This document shows positions 62,825-64,000 of a stretch of DNA of 64,000 nucleotides, one piece after another; position 1 is the stretch's first letter, and every line of letters begins with the position of its first letter. This DNA comes from Nitrosopumilus sp. (lineage in GTDB: Archaea > Thermoproteota > Nitrososphaeria > Nitrososphaerales > Nitrosopumilaceae), in the NCBI GenBank assembly GCA_965205425.1, contig CBDBGZ010000007.1, forward strand, positions 32,001 through 96,000, given 5' to 3'. The notes below the pieces were generated by a model. That model ran no database searches and had not been told where the DNA came from. It worked only from the letters and a program-made list of their open reading frames with translations. The translations under genes were made by a program, and so were the position numbers.

Positions 62825-63805
62825 TTGTCTAAACAAGTTAGAATGACAAAAAATGGAATTTTATGTGAGATAAATAACAAACGTGTTTGTTTAGATCCTA
62901 AAAATGGAGATACAACTGGAATCAATTTCGTATCTCATGCACACTCTGATCATCTTCCTTCAAAAAATGGTGGTACCATTTTATCTTCCATTGAGACAAA
63001 TGAAATTGCTAATCTACGTGGATTTAAAATGGAAAATCATGTGGATTCTCTTAGTGATTTCTCTTTAATTGACAGTGGTCATATTTTAGGTGCCAAAGGA
63101 TTACTCTTTGATGATATTTTCTATACTGGGGATATCTGTACTCGTAATCGTGGGTTTCTAAAGGGTGCAAATATTCCTAAATGTAAAACCCTAATAACTG
63201 AATGTACATTTGGTTTACCTGAATTTGTATTTCCAAAATTAGATGATATTCTAAAACAAGTAAATGAACTAATTTCTGAACTTTATGGAAAAGGTATTCC
63301 TGTAATTTTGATGGGATATCAGCTAGGTAAGGCTCAAACTATAACTCAATTTTTTGGTCATTGGGGTCCATTATATCTTCATGATTCTGTAAAAGATATG
63401 AATTCATTACATCAAAAATTTGGAGTGCCATTGCAAGATGGAATTGGACATGCTGAAGCTGAACAAAATGGTTTGCTAGAAAAAAAACCTTGGTTAATGG
63501 TTGCACCAATGTTGTCTAGTAAAAATAAATTTATTCAAGACATGAAATCAAAATACGGTGCTGTAACAATTGGGTTTAGTGGATGGGCACAATCAACAAA
63601 ATTTTCTTTTGGTAGACGAACAGATTACTCATTTCCCATGAGTGATCACTGTGATTATGACGAATTAATTAATCTAGTGATGCAATCTGGAGCAGAACAA
63701 GTTTACACTATACATGGATTTGTAGATGAATTTGCCGAAGATTTGAGAAAAAGGGGAATTAATGCACAACCATTGTTGGAAAATTCTTTAGATGATTTTA
63801 CTTAG
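62825..63805 (+). CDS. MBL-fold beta-CASP-like exonuclease
   Basis: SHAHSDH, GHILG, YTGD, ECTFG, SDHCD, HG. Confidence 0.88.
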   Translation: MSKQVRMTKNGILCEINNKRVCLDPKNGDTTGINFVSHAHSDHLPSKNGGTILSSIETNEIANLRGFKMENHVDSLSDFSLIDSGHILGAKGLLFDDIFYTGDICTRNRGFLKGANIPKCKTLITECTFGLPEFVFPKLDDILKQVNELISELYGKGIPVILMGYQLGKAQTITQFFGHWGPLYLHDSVKDMNSLHQKFGVPLQDGIGHAEAEQNGLLEKKPWLMVAPMLSSKNKFIQDMKSKYGAVTIGFSGWAQSTKFSFGRRTDYSFPMSDHCDYDELINLVMQSGAEQVYTIHGFVDEFAEDLRKRGINAQPLLENSLDDFT

Positions 63806-63998
63806 TAAATTCATTACATTGACAATTTTCAACTAGACAAGTTTCTGAATTCCTAATATGATCATGTGAGAAATGTTTACAATTTTCATTTTTACATACT
63901 CTTCGTTGTGCTTCTTTTTGCACTACTGATTGGGCAATCTCGTTTGCTTTGTCCTTTGAATACCCTTTTTTATCAATATAGAAATGAACAACTCTGTT
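63798..63998 (-). CDS. Cys/His-rich small protein, 5'-truncated by the window edge
   Basis: ...CKNENCKHFSHDHIRNSETCLVENCQCNEFTK*. Confidence 0.6.
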   Translation of the reverse strand, partial: NRVVHFYIDKKGYSKDKANEIAQSVVQKEAQRRVCKNENCKHFSHDHIRNSETCLVENCQCNEFTK

Positions 63999-64000
63999 GT

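Overview
AT-rich archaeal chromosome segment. The gene content (rps6e, aIF2-gamma/alpha, AglB, Nop10, anaerobic cobalamin cluster, bacterial-type MetK, GrpE-DnaK-DnaJ, SucCD, IleS, FolD/PurN) points to a Nitrosopumilaceae ammonia-oxidising archaeon. A host-associated lifestyle is only an inference from the IS load and large adhesin-like genes. The backbone (1-29.2 kb, 39.8-50.8 kb, 60.6-64 kb) is ordinary apart from a frameshifted purD and a tRNA-Val with a non-canonical BHB intron. Two accessory regions stand out. (i) About 10.5 kb between tRNA-Leu and tRNA-Val holds nested IS481/IS5 elements, a broken FG-GAP surface-protein gene, IS630 and IS3 remnants, and a 131-bp IS630-type MITE. (ii) 51-60.6 kb holds a decayed IS481 copy, an IS5-family element and an intact 2446-aa surface protein with 12 mosaic FG-GAP repeats, 119-aa tandem repeats and a C-terminal Cache-like domain, preceded by a G10 tract. 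The most unusual signal is in the second IS481 copy: an exact 37-bp duplication flanking a 34-bp insert, the geometry expected from off-target CRISPR spacer integration. All calls are by eye; no database search was run.
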